Assembly (NCBI GenBank): GCA_963749495.1
Contig: CAVVMW010000022.1
Coordinates: forward strand, 64,001-128,000
Length of the DNA stretch: 64,000 nucleotides
From: an uncultured bacterium
Lineage (GTDB): Bacteria > Verrucomicrobiota > Verrucomicrobiia > Limisphaerales > UBA8199
Direction: 5' to 3'
In this document: piece by piece, positions 1-9,778 of the stretch
Layout of the letters: every line of letters begins with the position of its first letter
How positions within the stretch are numbered: position 1 is the stretch's first letter
Program-made: the position numbers and the translations under genes
Notes under the pieces: model-generated
What the model was told of the DNA's origin: nothing
What the model saw: the letters and a program-made list of their open reading frames with translations, nothing else
The model's database searches: none

Positions 1-1334
1 TTCCCAAGGCCAAGGCCTCCGCCCACAAAAACTGCCGCGACCGCGACTACACCCGCTGGCGCACCTTCTGGTGCATGGTCTGGCAAGCCCTCAACCCCGA
101 CGCCTCCGGGCGCGAGGTCGTGCGCCAACTCCAGGCCCTCTTCCTCTTGGAAGACGGCCCCCAGATCTCCCCCGAGGACGGCGCCTACTGCCGCGCCAAG
201 GCCCGGCTGCCTCTCAGGGAATTCCCCAAGGTTTTGGCCGCCACCGCCCGGGCCGCCGACAAGCAAGTCCCGGCCCTGACTCAACTCCAAGGCCGGCCCC
301 TCAAGGCCGCCGACGGCTCGGCGCTCACACTGGCCGACACGCGCAAAAACCGAAGGGCGTATCCCCCCATGCAGTGCGCCGACAAACCCAGCTTCCCCAA
401 GATGCGCATCGTCGTGCTCTTTTCCATGCTCAGCGGCGCGATCCTGGCCATGGCCCAAGGCAGCTTGGCGCTCTCCGAACTGTCGTTGTTGACGCTGCTC
501 AGCAGCCAATTGGTGGCCGGGGATATCCTGGTGGCAGACCGCGGCTTCGGTTTTTACGCGGTCCTCGCCTGGCTCAAGCACCTTCTGAACGTGGACTTCA
601 TCGGGCGGTCCACGCGCCGGCTCGATGGGCGAAGGCGGCTCCGCCGCTTGGGCAGAAACGACTGGCTCTTCGTGTGGGAAAAACCCCAGCGCCGGGCTCC
701 CTGGCTGACGCTGCTCCAATGGATTGGCTTGCCCAGCCAGTTGACGGTGCGCGTGGTCAAGGGCAGTTGCTATCAGAAAGGCTTCCGCGTACGCCAGGTC
801 AAACTGGTGACCACGCTCTTGGACCCAGAACTCTACCCCGCCGAGCAGATCCTCCGCGCTTACTTGCGGCGGTGGCGCCTGGAGATGTGCCTGGATGACC
901 TGAAAACCACTCTGGAAATGGAGACCCTCCGCGGGCGCAGCCCGAACATGGTTCGCAAAGAGGCCTACACGCGCCTCATCGCCCACAATCTCATCCGTGG
1001 CACCATGGCTCAGGCCGCCACCGAACATGAGGTGCCCCTGGAGCGCATCAGCTTCAAAGGCTCGCTGGACGCAATCCGGCACTTTACCCAGGCCATGGCC
1101 CAAGCCCGCTCCAAAAAGAAACGCCGCCAACTGTGGTCCGATCTGCTCGAAACGCTAGCCGCCGATTTGGTCCCCGAGCGGCCAAACCGACGCGAGCCGC
1201 GCGCCGTCAAACGCAAGAAAAACAAATACCCGCGGCTCAACGCACCCCGCCGCAGGTTCCGCGATCATCTCAAACGTCACACGCGCCGCACCAGGGCCCG
1301 TTTGCGCAAGCTCGGTCTTATGTAAGCGCCATTC
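1..1334 (+). mobile_element. IS4-family insertion sequence, right part
   Basis: Transposase followed directly by TAAGCGCCATTC, a plausible IS4 right end; left end not in window. Confidence 0.7.
3..1325 (+). CDS. IS4-family DDE transposase (5' end runs off the window)
   Basis: Frame open from base 3 (PKAKASAHKNCRDRDYTRWRTFWCMVW...). Motifs ADGS, LVADRGF, YLRRWRLE...LK, and a basic C-terminal PERPNRREPRAVKR tail typical of IS4. Confidence 0.9.
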   Translation, partial: PKAKASAHKNCRDRDYTRWRTFWCMVWQALNPDASGREVVRQLQALFLLEDGPQISPEDGAYCRAKARLPLREFPKVLAATARAADKQVPALTQLQGRPLKAADGSALTLADTRKNRRAYPPMQCADKPSFPKMRIVVLFSMLSGAILAMAQGSLALSELSLLTLLSSQLVAGDILVADRGFGFYAVLAWLKHLLNVDFIGRSTRRLDGRRRLRRLGRNDWLFVWEKPQRRAPWLTLLQWIGLPSQLTVRVVKGSCYQKGFRVRQVKLVTTLLDPELYPAEQILRAYLRRWRLEMCLDDLKTTLEMETLRGRSPNMVRKEAYTRLIAHNLIRGTMAQAATEHEVPLERISFKGSLDAIRHFTQAMAQARSKKKRRQLWSDLLETLAADLVPERPNRREPRAVKRKKNKYPRLNAPRRRFRDHLKRHTRRTRARLRKLGLM

Positions 1335-1428
1335 CCCCTTCAGGGCGCGGGGTCCGCCTCTGCAACGAAACCCAGAGCATCGGCCTGCGGCCTCAGCCCT
1401 GGGCTAGGTTCTGGCGGCCCGTTGGCCC
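1335..1428. repeat. REP-like palindrome, family E (CCCCTTCAGGGC / CCCAG..CTGGG)
   Basis: Shares CCCCTTCAGGGCGC start and hairpin layout with 34857-34952. Confidence 0.55.
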
Positions 1429-1708
1429 GCGACGCAGCAAGGGAAAGGCGCGCCTTGGACTGGAGCAGTTCCAGCAACCGGCCCACGTCGCGGTAGTTCT
1501 CCAACTCGTCCTTCTCTGCGGCAGAGAGTGCCCCTTGGCGGGCTTTGGCCGCGAGGGCGTTCATGCGCCCTACGTCAGCAGGCGCGAAGTCAAACTCCAG
1601 GATCGACGTGGCCGCGTCCCTCGACCACGTCCCGCTCTCTGGGCGAATGACGCGGCTGAGAATGGCAACTTCACTGGTCTCGGTGGCTGCAGACATACTG
1701 TAAGACAC
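1340..1708 (-). CDS. small helical protein, putative antitoxin-like; homologue of 52589-52858
   Basis: RMNALAAKARQGALSAAEKDELENY...LLQSKARLSL parallels RYDELAGKNTEGALTAPERAELESL...LLKAEARALL. C-terminal tail is read through a REP. Confidence 0.7.
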   Translation of the reverse strand: MSYSMSAATETSEVAILSRVIRPESGTWSRDAATSILEFDFAPADVGRMNALAAKARQGALSAAEKDELENYRDVGRLLELLQSKARLSLAASRANGPPEPSPGLRPQADALGFVAEADPAP

Positions 1709-1811
1709 TTACCACGTCCCCGCGCCTTTGACCAGATCGCAGAATCAGCGCGAGTCTCATGGCGGGCGCTTTTGTCTCGACGCGGCGCCGGGATGCGCTT
1801 AGTGTGGGAAT

Positions 1812-2392
1812 ATGATTGGGACATCAGAACCTCCAAAGCAGGTTTGGACCGAAGAGGAGCTCCAGTCGCTCCCCGACGACGGCTTCGTCCACGAGGTCGT
1901 GGACGGCGAATTGGTTATGAGCCCTAAAAACAACTACGAGCATGAAGGGATCTGCAGCCGCTTGTCCGCAGCGTTGTACGAGTTCAACCGCCAGCACCGG
2001 TTGGGCGTCCTGCGGGGCTCGACGCCGGCCACTGGATGCTCAACCGCAACTGCCGCGCGCCGGACATCTCGTTCGTTCCCAAGGAACGGCTGCTCAGGCT
2101 GGGTTTCAGCCCCAAGGCGCGCAAGTTCTTCCCCGGGGCGCCCGACCTGGCTGTCGAAGTGCTCGCCCCCAGTAACACCCGCGCCGAGATCGATGCGCGT
2201 TTGCGGGACTTCTTTGCCAGCGGCACCCAAATCGCCTGGCTCATCGATCCTGAGACCGAGAGCGTGGAGATTTGCCACTCCATGACCCAGCGTGCCCTGC
2301 TCGGCCCCGGAGGCGAGCTGGACGGGGAGCACCTGCTGCCAGGCTTCCGCTACCCCATCGCCAGCCTCTTCAAGGAGTGGGACTGGGAGTGA
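1812..2392 (+). CDS. Uma2 (DUF820) family endonuclease, frameshifted near 2020
   Basis: WTEEEL..LPDDG..HEVVDGELVMSP in one frame; RAPDISFV..APDLAVEVLAPSN..WLIDP..LPGF in another. Confidence 0.85.
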
Positions 2393-2419
2393 CTTCCGCA
2401 CTCCGCACTCCGCACTGGT

Positions 2420-3885
2420 TCACTCCGCCAGCGCCCGCTCGATGCGCGGCCACAGTTCCTCCGGGTCTTCCAGCCCCACTGAGAGCCGGATCAGGTAGCG
2501 CGAGACGCCGCACCGTTCCGCCCAGTCCAACTCGGTATAGTGGGCCAGCATGGTGAAGGGGCAGGCCAGCGTGAAGACGGTGCCGAGGCTGGGGCCTTTG
2601 CAGACGGCCAGGCGGTTGTAGATCTGCGGGGCGCGCGCCTCGGCGTCTCGGGGCAGGAAGGTGATGAGGGCGCCCCAGCCGCCTTTGGGACGCCGCACAG
2701 CCTCGTAGGCCTCGGCGCACTCCCACTTGGGATACCAGACCCGCTCGACAGCCGGGTGGCGGCGCAGCCGCTCGGCCAGGCGCAGCCCGTTCTGGTTGTG
2801 CCGCTGCATCCGCTCCGGAAAGCTCTGCGCCTGGGCCTCCAGCACACGGGCGTCCTCACCCCAAAGCAGTTCCTCGTGTTGCGCCGCCACGATCGGCTTG
2901 AGTTCGGCGTAGAGCGGGTCCGGGGATTGCAGATCAGCGCCCCGCCCATGGCGTCGCCGGTGCCGACGATGAACTTGGTGAGGCTGGTGGCGATCAAGTC
3001 GGCGTAGCCGCCCAGGTCCACGTTGACGGGGCTTGCCACCACATCATCGGCCACCAGCGGGACGCGGTGCCGCCGCAGAATGGGGCGGACGCGGCGCAGG
3101 TCGGCCGAGCCGAGCAACGGATTGCCCGGGATCTCGCAGAAACAGGCCGCCAGCGGCCGGTTGCGCAGCAGGGCCTCGAAGCTCGTTCTCGATGTCCTCG
3201 AGGTGGTTGAGCAATATCCCTCCGTTGCCCAGTTTCTGCTGCAGCTTCAGGGTGTCCACATAAGGAAAGCCCAACTGCGCCGTCGGGCGGCCGGGCGCGC
3301 GCCTGTCTGCGGCGCACAGGGCGGCGAATTGCGCAGCCATCCCGGTGGGCTCGAGGAAGACGTCATCTTCCCCGCAGTCATAGAGGGCGGCCAGAAACCG
3401 GCGCAACGCGCGCCGGACGGCCGGGTCATCGGCGCCGTTGGCCGCGGCGCGGCCTTCCAGGCGCGCCTGGGCCTGCCGGCTCGAAACCCCCAGGCCCGTG
3501 TGCTGCCAGAAGGCGCGCAAGGCGGCCAGACCCGACGGACCCGTCACCACCGCGTGCATCCCCTTCTGCCCCACGGCACAGGCCTCCTCCCCGCTGCAGC
3601 GCCGGACAAATTCCGCCCCGGCGGCGGCCGCGCGCGCGGAGGGAAACGGCAGGCACGGGCGCCCCTCGCCCGCGCGCCGCCCCAACTCCCCCACCAGCGG
3701 GTGAATCACAAACCGCGGATACCCGCTGGAGAGCCGCTCCAGCACCTCCGGGCGCTTCTTTCGTAACCGACCACGTCGCTCCAGCGGGGCAACGCCATCG
3801 AGACGGCATGCGCCGAATTGGGAATCGGACGCCCCAAGGCCTCGGCCTGCCAGATGGGCTTCTGACACAGTTCAGAGGAACTCAT
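2420..3885 (-). CDS. PLP-dependent Cys/Met metabolism enzyme (cystathionine gamma-synthase-like), several frameshifts
   Basis: Pieces across frames: LGRPIPNSAHAVSMALPRWSDVVGYE; GYPRFVIHP; GFPYVDTLK; TSLTK (PLP lysine); KGPSLGTVFTL; LIRLSVGLED. Confidence 0.85.
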
Positions 3886-4059
3886 TTTAGCGAACAACCT
3901 ACACCCATCTACACCCTGCGTCCAGTCGAGCAGGGCAAGGGTGGTGTGCTAATTTGACTTTAAGGCGGGGCGTCTGGGTTTGGCAAGCGGACGATCCTGG
4001 TTGGGTAGGACCAGAAAGCGGCCCGTTTACTGGTTGCCGGCGGCTGGGGACGGAGTTCT

Positions 4060-4356
4060 CTAGGATTGATTTATGTTCCTGATGGCGCAAATAAGAACAA
4101 CATCATCCGCGATTACTTTGTAGGAAATGTCGTAGTCTCCGCAGTTCACCTGGTAAGAATCAGGCGGCGTTAGCCGGATGCTGCCAAGAGGGAAGGGGCT
4201 TTCTTCAAAAGAAAGCAACATCTCTTCAATAGGAGTTCTTTCTGGCAGCGGGATGGCCGCCAGTTCCTGTTCAGCGGATTGGGTCAGTCGTACGGTGTAC
4301 ACATCAGGCTGCCCTAATCTGCTCCAAAATCTCCCTAAGCGGCTTAGAGGGCTCAT
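4060..4356 (-). CDS. RelE/ParE-like toxin-fold protein
   Basis: YTVRLTQSAEQEL...PFPLGSIRL...YQVNCGDYDISYKV...VLICAI follows the RelE pattern, but basic catalytic residues look reduced. Confidence 0.55.
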   Translation of the reverse strand: MSPLSRLGRFWSRLGQPDVYTVRLTQSAEQELAAIPLPERTPIEEMLLSFEESPFPLGSIRLTPPDSYQVNCGDYDISYKVIADDVVLICAIRNINQS

Positions 4357-4543
4357 TTTGGCGGCTCTCCACTAAGGCAGAACCAATCTGTACCCGCCTA
4401 GGGTCTTGAGATTTAATGGACACCATGACGCTAAAGTTGCTAACCTTATACGCTTCTGGTACATAGCGAAGCTCAGCCGCTGCCATTAGGGCTGAAAAAT
4501 TCGCACAATTCGGAGGGTCTACACACAACATAAGCATTAGGTT

Positions 4544-4993
4544 TTATTGCAAAGTTTTGGGACCTTGAGGTGGCGCCATCATTGAATTTACGGGGAGCGG
4601 GCGTTCCGCGAACTTCTCCCCATCGATCATCACAACGACAGAATAAAGGCCGGGACTAGGAAAGACGATTGGCGGAACGGGAAAGGGCAAATCAATTACT
4701 TCTGTTCCGTTGAACGTGTAATCACCGGGAATGCTTATCGTAGTCGCGACGTTAACTGATACGACACCTGTTTGCGGATTCTCAATTCGCATTGTCACCG
4801 TTATGGGCCTCGCCATTTTACCGCGAATGTTCGTCACCAGTACCGTTACCACAAACGGGGGAGCCGTGAATGGGAAAGAGCCAGACTGGTACTGATGAAA
4901 GCTCCCGACAAGGGAAAGCTTCGCGGTGCCCATTTCGCGGATCACCGAATCCGACAAAATGATGCCCATCGATACGATTTCGTTGTCTTTCAT
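4544..4993 (-). CDS. hypothetical beta-sandwich protein (DUF6941-like)
   Basis: IILSDSVIRE..TAKLSLVGSF...FPSPGLYSVVVMIDGE; lower-GC region. Confidence 0.65.
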   Translation of the reverse strand: MKDNEIVSMGIILSDSVIREMGTAKLSLVGSFHQYQSGSFPFTAPPFVVTVLVTNIRGKMARPITVTMRIENPQTGVVSVNVATTISIPGDYTFNGTEVIDLPFPVPPIVFPSPGLYSVVVMIDGEKFAERPLPVNSMMAPPQGPKTLQ

Positions 4994-5250
4994 AGTGGGC
5001 CCAGCGCCCCAACGAATCTAACATGATCGAATTGCCGTCGTCAATACCCCCATATATGGCCCCCCACTACCGCAAGACACGCAAGTTATTGTAGTTTTAT
5101 GGAAAAGTCTGGTCCGGCCTCGACAATCCCACTCTTGCCCCGGTGCTCGCGTTCCTCTATCCTGCCCCTGGTTTTCGGAGCGGCTGATTGGCGGGCAGGC
5201 GCTCGATGGCGCCCCGCGCGCGGGTCCAGCCGGCTTTCACTTGATCTGTT

Positions 5251-8200
5251 GTGTTTATGACTGCAAATCACAATGCCCATTGCGGGATCGCCCGCCCCTT
5301 GAATCGAACCCTCAGCCTTGCGGGCCTGTGCCTGTTGCTGGCCAATGTCCCCGCCGTCCGGGCTGCGTCGAGCCGGGAACCGGCGGAGCCGGTGCGGCTG
5401 AGGGCCGGTTGGCAGTTGCAGGACGCGGACAAGGTCCCGCAAGGGGGCGAGGCGGTTTCGCGGTTGGATTTCCAGCCCGCCGGCTGGCACGGGGCCACGG
5501 TCCCTGGCACCGTCCTGACCAGCCTGGTCAACGACGGGGTTTATCCCGAGCCGCTCTACGGGGAGAACAACCGCGCCATCCCGGACAGCCTCTGCCGGGC
5601 CACCTACTGGTATAGGACAACCTTTACACCGCCGCAGTCGTTCGCGGGCAAGAGAGTCTGGCTGACCTTTCACGGCATCAACTACACCGCCGAGGTCTGG
5701 GTCAACGGGCGCCAGGTCGGAACCATCCAGGGCGCCTTCGCGCGCGGGAGCTTCGATGTGAGCGGCCAAGTCACCGTTGGCAGCCCCAACGCCCTGGCCG
5801 TTCATGTCCGCCCTCAGCCCCATCCGGGGGTGGTCAAGGAGAAGACCATTGCCGGCGGCACCGGCCCCAACGGCGGCATCACAGCCCTGGACGGCCCCAC
5901 TTTCCTCTGCACCATCGGGTGGGATTGGATCCCCACCATCCGCGACCGCGACACCGGCATCTGGCAGGACGTCACCCTCTCGGCCACCGGGCCGGTTGTC
6001 ATCGAGGACCCGTATGTGACCTCGAGACTGCCCTTGCCCCGGACGGACAGCGCCGAGCTGGGGATTCGGGCGACCCTGCGCAACGCCACCCAGCAGGCCC
6101 AGTCGGGCCGGTTGGAGGGCGCCATCGAACGGACCACCTTCGGCCAGGAGGTCACGCTGGAGCCGAACGAGACCCGGGAGGTGACTTTCTCCTCGGCGAC
6201 CACGCCCGGGCTGCGCCTGGAGCAACCCCGGCTCTGGTGGCCCAATGGCTTCGGCCCGCAGAATCTCTATAAGCTGCGCCTGACCTTCACCCAGAAGGGC
6301 GCCCTCTCGGACGCCCGCCAGGCCAGTTTCGGCGTGCGCCAGATCACTTATGCCTTGCCCGGTTCGGACAACCTGGCGCTCTCGGTCAATGGCGTGCCGG
6401 TCGTGGCCAAGGGCGGCGATTGGGGAATTGACGAGGCGATGAAACGCATCCCGCGCAAGCGCCTGGAGGCCGCCGTCCGCATGCACCAGCTTGCCAATTA
6501 CACCATCATCCGCAATTGGGTCGGCCAGAGCACCAGCGAGGAGCTTTGCGGCCTGTGCGACCAATACGGCCTGCTGCTCTGGGACGAGTTTTTCCAGCCC
6601 CACCCGGCCGACGGCCCGGTGCCCGAGAATGTGGAACTCTACCTGGCCAACGTTCGCGAGAAGGTCCTGCGGTTGCGCAACCACCCCTGCATCGCCCTGT
6701 GGTGCGCCCGCAACGAAGGCGATCCGCCCCCGGCCATCGGCCAGGGCATCCGCAAGCTCATCAATGCCCTCGACCCGGACCGGCTTTATCAGCCCAGCTC
6801 AACCTCCGGGCGCGGCGTCAACTCCGGCGGCCCCTACCATTGGCGCACCCCGCGCCAGTTCTACACCTTTGGCGAGGCCTTCAAGACCGAGATCGGCTCG
6901 ATCTCCGTGCCCACGCTCGAGGCCGTCCAGGCCATGATGCCGGCCAAAGACTGGGAAGTCATCAACGACGACTGGGCCGAGCACGATTTCTGCGGCGGCG
7001 CCCAGCAAGGCAACCTCTACCCGGACATCATCGCCGCCCGCTACGGTTTCCCCGCCAGCCTGGCCGATTTCGTGCGCAAATCCCAGCTCGCCAATTACGA
7101 ATGTTTCCGCGCCATGTACGAAGGCCGCTTTGCCAAACTCTTCCACCCCGCCACCGGCGTCATCACCTGGATGAGCCACCCCGCCCAGCCGAGCTTCGTC
7201 TGGCAGCTCTACAGCCATGACCTCGAACCCAACTCGGCCCTCTACGCCGCGCGCAAGGCCTGCGAGCCGGTTCATGTGCAGTTGAATCAGAACGACTGGC
7301 ATGTCATGGTCATCAACAACACGCCCCAAACGCTCGATGCCATAGTCAGGACGACCGTGTTCAACCTGGACGGCTCGCAAGCATGGACCGAGTCCCAAAC
7401 GGTCAGCGCCGGCGCCAGCGCCGCCACCGACGCAGGCGCCGTCCGTTTCCCGCAGACCGGCCTTTCGCCCGTCCACTTCGTCAAACTCCAGCTCCTGGAC
7501 TCCAGGCAGCGGCTTCTCTCGGAGAATTTCTACTGGCGCGCCCTGCCGGAGCGCGAGGATGATTTCCGCGCTCTGAACTCGCTGCCGACCGTCGCCCTCG
7601 ATGTCCGGGCCGCCCGGCATGAGAAAGACGGCAAGTGCCTGCTCGATGTCGCCGTGAAAAACCCATCCTCATCCATCGCCCTCATGGCCCACCTCCAGTT
7701 GCGCAAAGACCGCTCCGGCGGGCGTGTCCTGCCGGTCTTCTACAGCGATAATTACCTCTCGCTCCTGCCGGGCGAGCGCAAGACGCTCACCATCGAGGTG
7801 GCCATGGCCGACCTGGAGGGCGAGGCCCCGCTCCTGGCAGTGGATGGCTGGAATGTCACGGCCAATCCGGTCTCCGCCTCCGGCAAGACAGTCCGGGTCA
7901 TGCCCAATACCAAGGCGCAGGTCCCCGGCGCCGCAGCCGCTTCCGCCGTCGAGCCCGCCCAAACCTTGAGCATCAACTGTGGCGGCGGCCGGCTCGGCTT
8001 CTTCCGCTTCGGCGCGCCCGCCGAGGGGTTCGCGGGGGACCGCGATTTTCGCGGCGGCAATGTCGCCACCACCCGGGAAACCATCGATACCCAGGTCCCC
8101 AACGCCGCCCGGCTCGCCGTCTATCAAACCGAGCGATGGGGCCCCTGCACCTACACGCTCCCCGCCCAAAAGGGCGCCGCCTACACCGTCCGCCTGCACT

Positions 8201-8427
8201 TTGCGGAGACCAGGTACTCGGCGGGCGGGCGCAAATTCAACGTGGACATCAACGGCCGCCGGGTGCTGTCGGACCTCGACATCGCCGCCGAGGCCGGCAA
8301 AGGCAAGGCCCTGGTAAAGGACTTCGATTCCATCACGCCGAACGCCGATGGCCAGATCGCCATCGCCTTCACCCCGGGCGCGGCCGACCAGCCAAAGATT
8401 TGCGGGATAGAGGTGATAAAGCGGTGA
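5251..8427 (+). CDS. GH2 glycoside hydrolase (beta-mannosidase/exo-beta-glucosaminidase-like) with C-terminal malectin domain
   Basis: Signal peptide; GWDWIPTIRDRDTGIWQDV, LWWPNGFG, RLRNHPCIALWCARNE; C-terminal YQTERWG...VRLHFAE...FNVDING malectin signature. Confidence 0.9.
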   Translation: MFMTANHNAHCGIARPLNRTLSLAGLCLLLANVPAVRAASSREPAEPVRLRAGWQLQDADKVPQGGEAVSRLDFQPAGWHGATVPGTVLTSLVNDGVYPEPLYGENNRAIPDSLCRATYWYRTTFTPPQSFAGKRVWLTFHGINYTAEVWVNGRQVGTIQGAFARGSFDVSGQVTVGSPNALAVHVRPQPHPGVVKEKTIAGGTGPNGGITALDGPTFLCTIGWDWIPTIRDRDTGIWQDVTLSATGPVVIEDPYVTSRLPLPRTDSAELGIRATLRNATQQAQSGRLEGAIERTTFGQEVTLEPNETREVTFSSATTPGLRLEQPRLWWPNGFGPQNLYKLRLTFTQKGALSDARQASFGVRQITYALPGSDNLALSVNGVPVVAKGGDWGIDEAMKRIPRKRLEAAVRMHQLANYTIIRNWVGQSTSEELCGLCDQYGLLLWDEFFQPHPADGPVPENVELYLANVREKVLRLRNHPCIALWCARNEGDPPPAIGQGIRKLINALDPDRLYQPSSTSGRGVNSGGPYHWRTPRQFYTFGEAFKTEIGSISVPTLEAVQAMMPAKDWEVINDDWAEHDFCGGAQQGNLYPDIIAARYGFPASLADFVRKSQLANYECFRAMYEGRFAKLFHPATGVITWMSHPAQPSFVWQLYSHDLEPNSALYAARKACEPVHVQLNQNDWHVMVINNTPQTLDAIVRTTVFNLDGSQAWTESQTVSAGASAATDAGAVRFPQTGLSPVHFVKLQLLDSRQRLLSENFYWRALPEREDDFRALNSLPTVALDVRAARHEKDGKCLLDVAVKNPSSSIALMAHLQLRKDRSGGRVLPVFYSDNYLSLLPGERKTLTIEVAMADLEGEAPLLAVDGWNVTANPVSASGKTVRVMPNTKAQVPGAAAASAVEPAQTLSINCGGGRLGFFRFGAPAEGFAGDRDFRGGNVATTRETIDTQVPNAARLAVYQTERWGPCTYTLPAQKGAAYTVRLHFAETRYSAGGRKFNVDINGRRVLSDLDIAAEAGKGKALVKDFDSITPNADGQIAIAFTPGAADQPKICGIEVIKR

Positions 8428-8453
8428 GGGGCGGCCGTGGCTGCCATTGGTCA

Positions 8454-8477
8454 CCTTTGTCGCGGCCTTTGTCGCGA
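8454..8477. repeat. 12-bp repeat family G, left arm (CCTTTGTCGCGG x2)
   Basis: Reverse complement of the units at 9679-9774. Confidence 0.8.
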
Positions 8478-8560
8478 GAATCTGGCTAATTAAGTTTAAG
8501 AACTGCATTGATCAGACCTCCGCGCCGGAGTTGAATCGGCTTTGCAAAACACAGCTTCGT

Positions 8561-8875
8561 ATGGAAAACAAATATCGAGCGATGCAGTTTTGGTTGCCGC
8601 TCGTCTTCGCGGCACACAACCAAAAGATCCTCAGTTACCTAGCGCTAGAGCGGTTGACTGGCATGGATAGGCGTGGAATCGGCAAGGTGCTTGAACCTAT
8701 TCAGGCATATTGCAAACGCAAGGGTTTGCCGCCTTTGACCGTCCTGGTCGTCAAAGAGGACACGGGCCAACCGGGGGGGGGATTCACGGAAGGGGCAGAG
8801 GGGGCAAAAGCGCGGGTATTCGTCTTCGATTGGCTCAGGAACTCCGCCCCGCAGCCAGACGATTTCTCAACTTAG
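8561..8875 (+). CDS. small hypothetical protein, possibly winged-helix DNA-binding
   Basis: LSYLALERLTGM...IGKVLEPIQAYC...LPPLTVLVV...GQPGGGF pattern; lower GC than flanks. Confidence 0.65.
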   Translation: MENKYRAMQFWLPLVFAAHNQKILSYLALERLTGMDRRGIGKVLEPIQAYCKRKGLPPLTVLVVKEDTGQPGGGFTEGAEGAKARVFVFDWLRNSAPQPDDFST

Positions 8876-8930
8876 CACACCGCCAAGATGTGTGGTTTCT
8901 CGTCAGGGGACCCGTTTTCATGGAGAGGCG

Positions 8931-9666
8931 ATGCTCGCACATGAGAAGCTGCAGGTTTACGGCAAGGCGATCGCCTTCGTCGCATCCGCGTCCGCCCTCT
9001 CCGGGACATGGGGGAAGAAACACGCGGTGGTGGATCAACTTGAGCGAGCGTCCGAGAGTCTCATTCTGAACCTTGCTGATAGCGCCCGATTCGGCTCAGC
9101 CCCCAGTAAACTCAAGGCGCTGGACTATGCGCTGGGTTCCGGGCTGGAATGCAGCCTGTCTGGATGTGGCCAGGATCAAGGGCCTTCTATGCGACTCAGA
9201 GACGGATCGGGAGAAACAGCGGCTGTGTGAGATTGTTAGAATGTTGATCGGCCTCAGAAAGGCCTGGGAGACGTGGAGGGTGCATGACGATCGTGTCCCC
9301 TATACAGCGGAACCCTCGGTGCCAGCGCGTGGCCCCTTTTTCCACCACGAGAGGCTCGAGGTTTACGGCGCTGCGCTTGGTCTGATGGGCTGGTTGGTTT
9401 CCCTGCTGGGGGGTAAGGAGCCGTCGAGCAGGCTCTACCGGCAACTCGACGAAGGCGTGACCAGCATTATCCTGAACATCGCCGAAGGCAATGGACGCTA
9501 TTCAGAACTGGATCATCGGCGTTTCCTGGACGTGGCTCAGCGTTCTGCTGTGAAAGTGGCGGCGTATCTGGATTTGGCGGTGCATAAGCTCTCACTAAGT
9601 CCCAAGGAGTGTGGTCCTGGCAAGGCCCTTCTGGAAAGGGTAGTGGCGATGTTGTCTCGGATGTAA
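8931..9666 (+). CDS. tandem four-helix-bundle protein (23S rRNA IVP/Avd-like), frameshifted near 9150
   Basis: Domain 1 HEKLQVY...DQLERASESLILNLAD...ALGSGLEC-AACLD; domain 2 HERLEVY...QLDEGVTSIILNIAEGNGR...FLDVAQRS; GGAGAGG RBS upstream. Confidence 0.85.
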
Positions 9667-9678
9667 GCACCTGGAGCA

Positions 9679-9774
9679 AGCGACAAAGGCTGCGACAAAG
9701 GTTGCGACAAAGGTTGCGACACAGGCTGCGACAAAGGTTCCGACAAAGGTTCCGACAAAGGTTCCGACAAAGGC
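9679..9774. repeat. 12-bp repeat family G, right arm: 8 tandem units of (T/A)(G/C)CGACAAAGG(T/C)
   Basis: Direct reading; one unit has ACACAGG. Confidence 0.95.
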
Positions 9775-9778
9775 TGTC

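Noticed and set aside
8931..9666. Diversity-generating retroelement (Avd-like gene)
   Set aside because: No reverse transcriptase and no TR/VR pair differing at adenines found in the window.
9679..9774. Possible CRISPR array
   Set aside because: Contiguous 12-bp units with no spacers and no cas genes; the same applies to the heptamer arrays.
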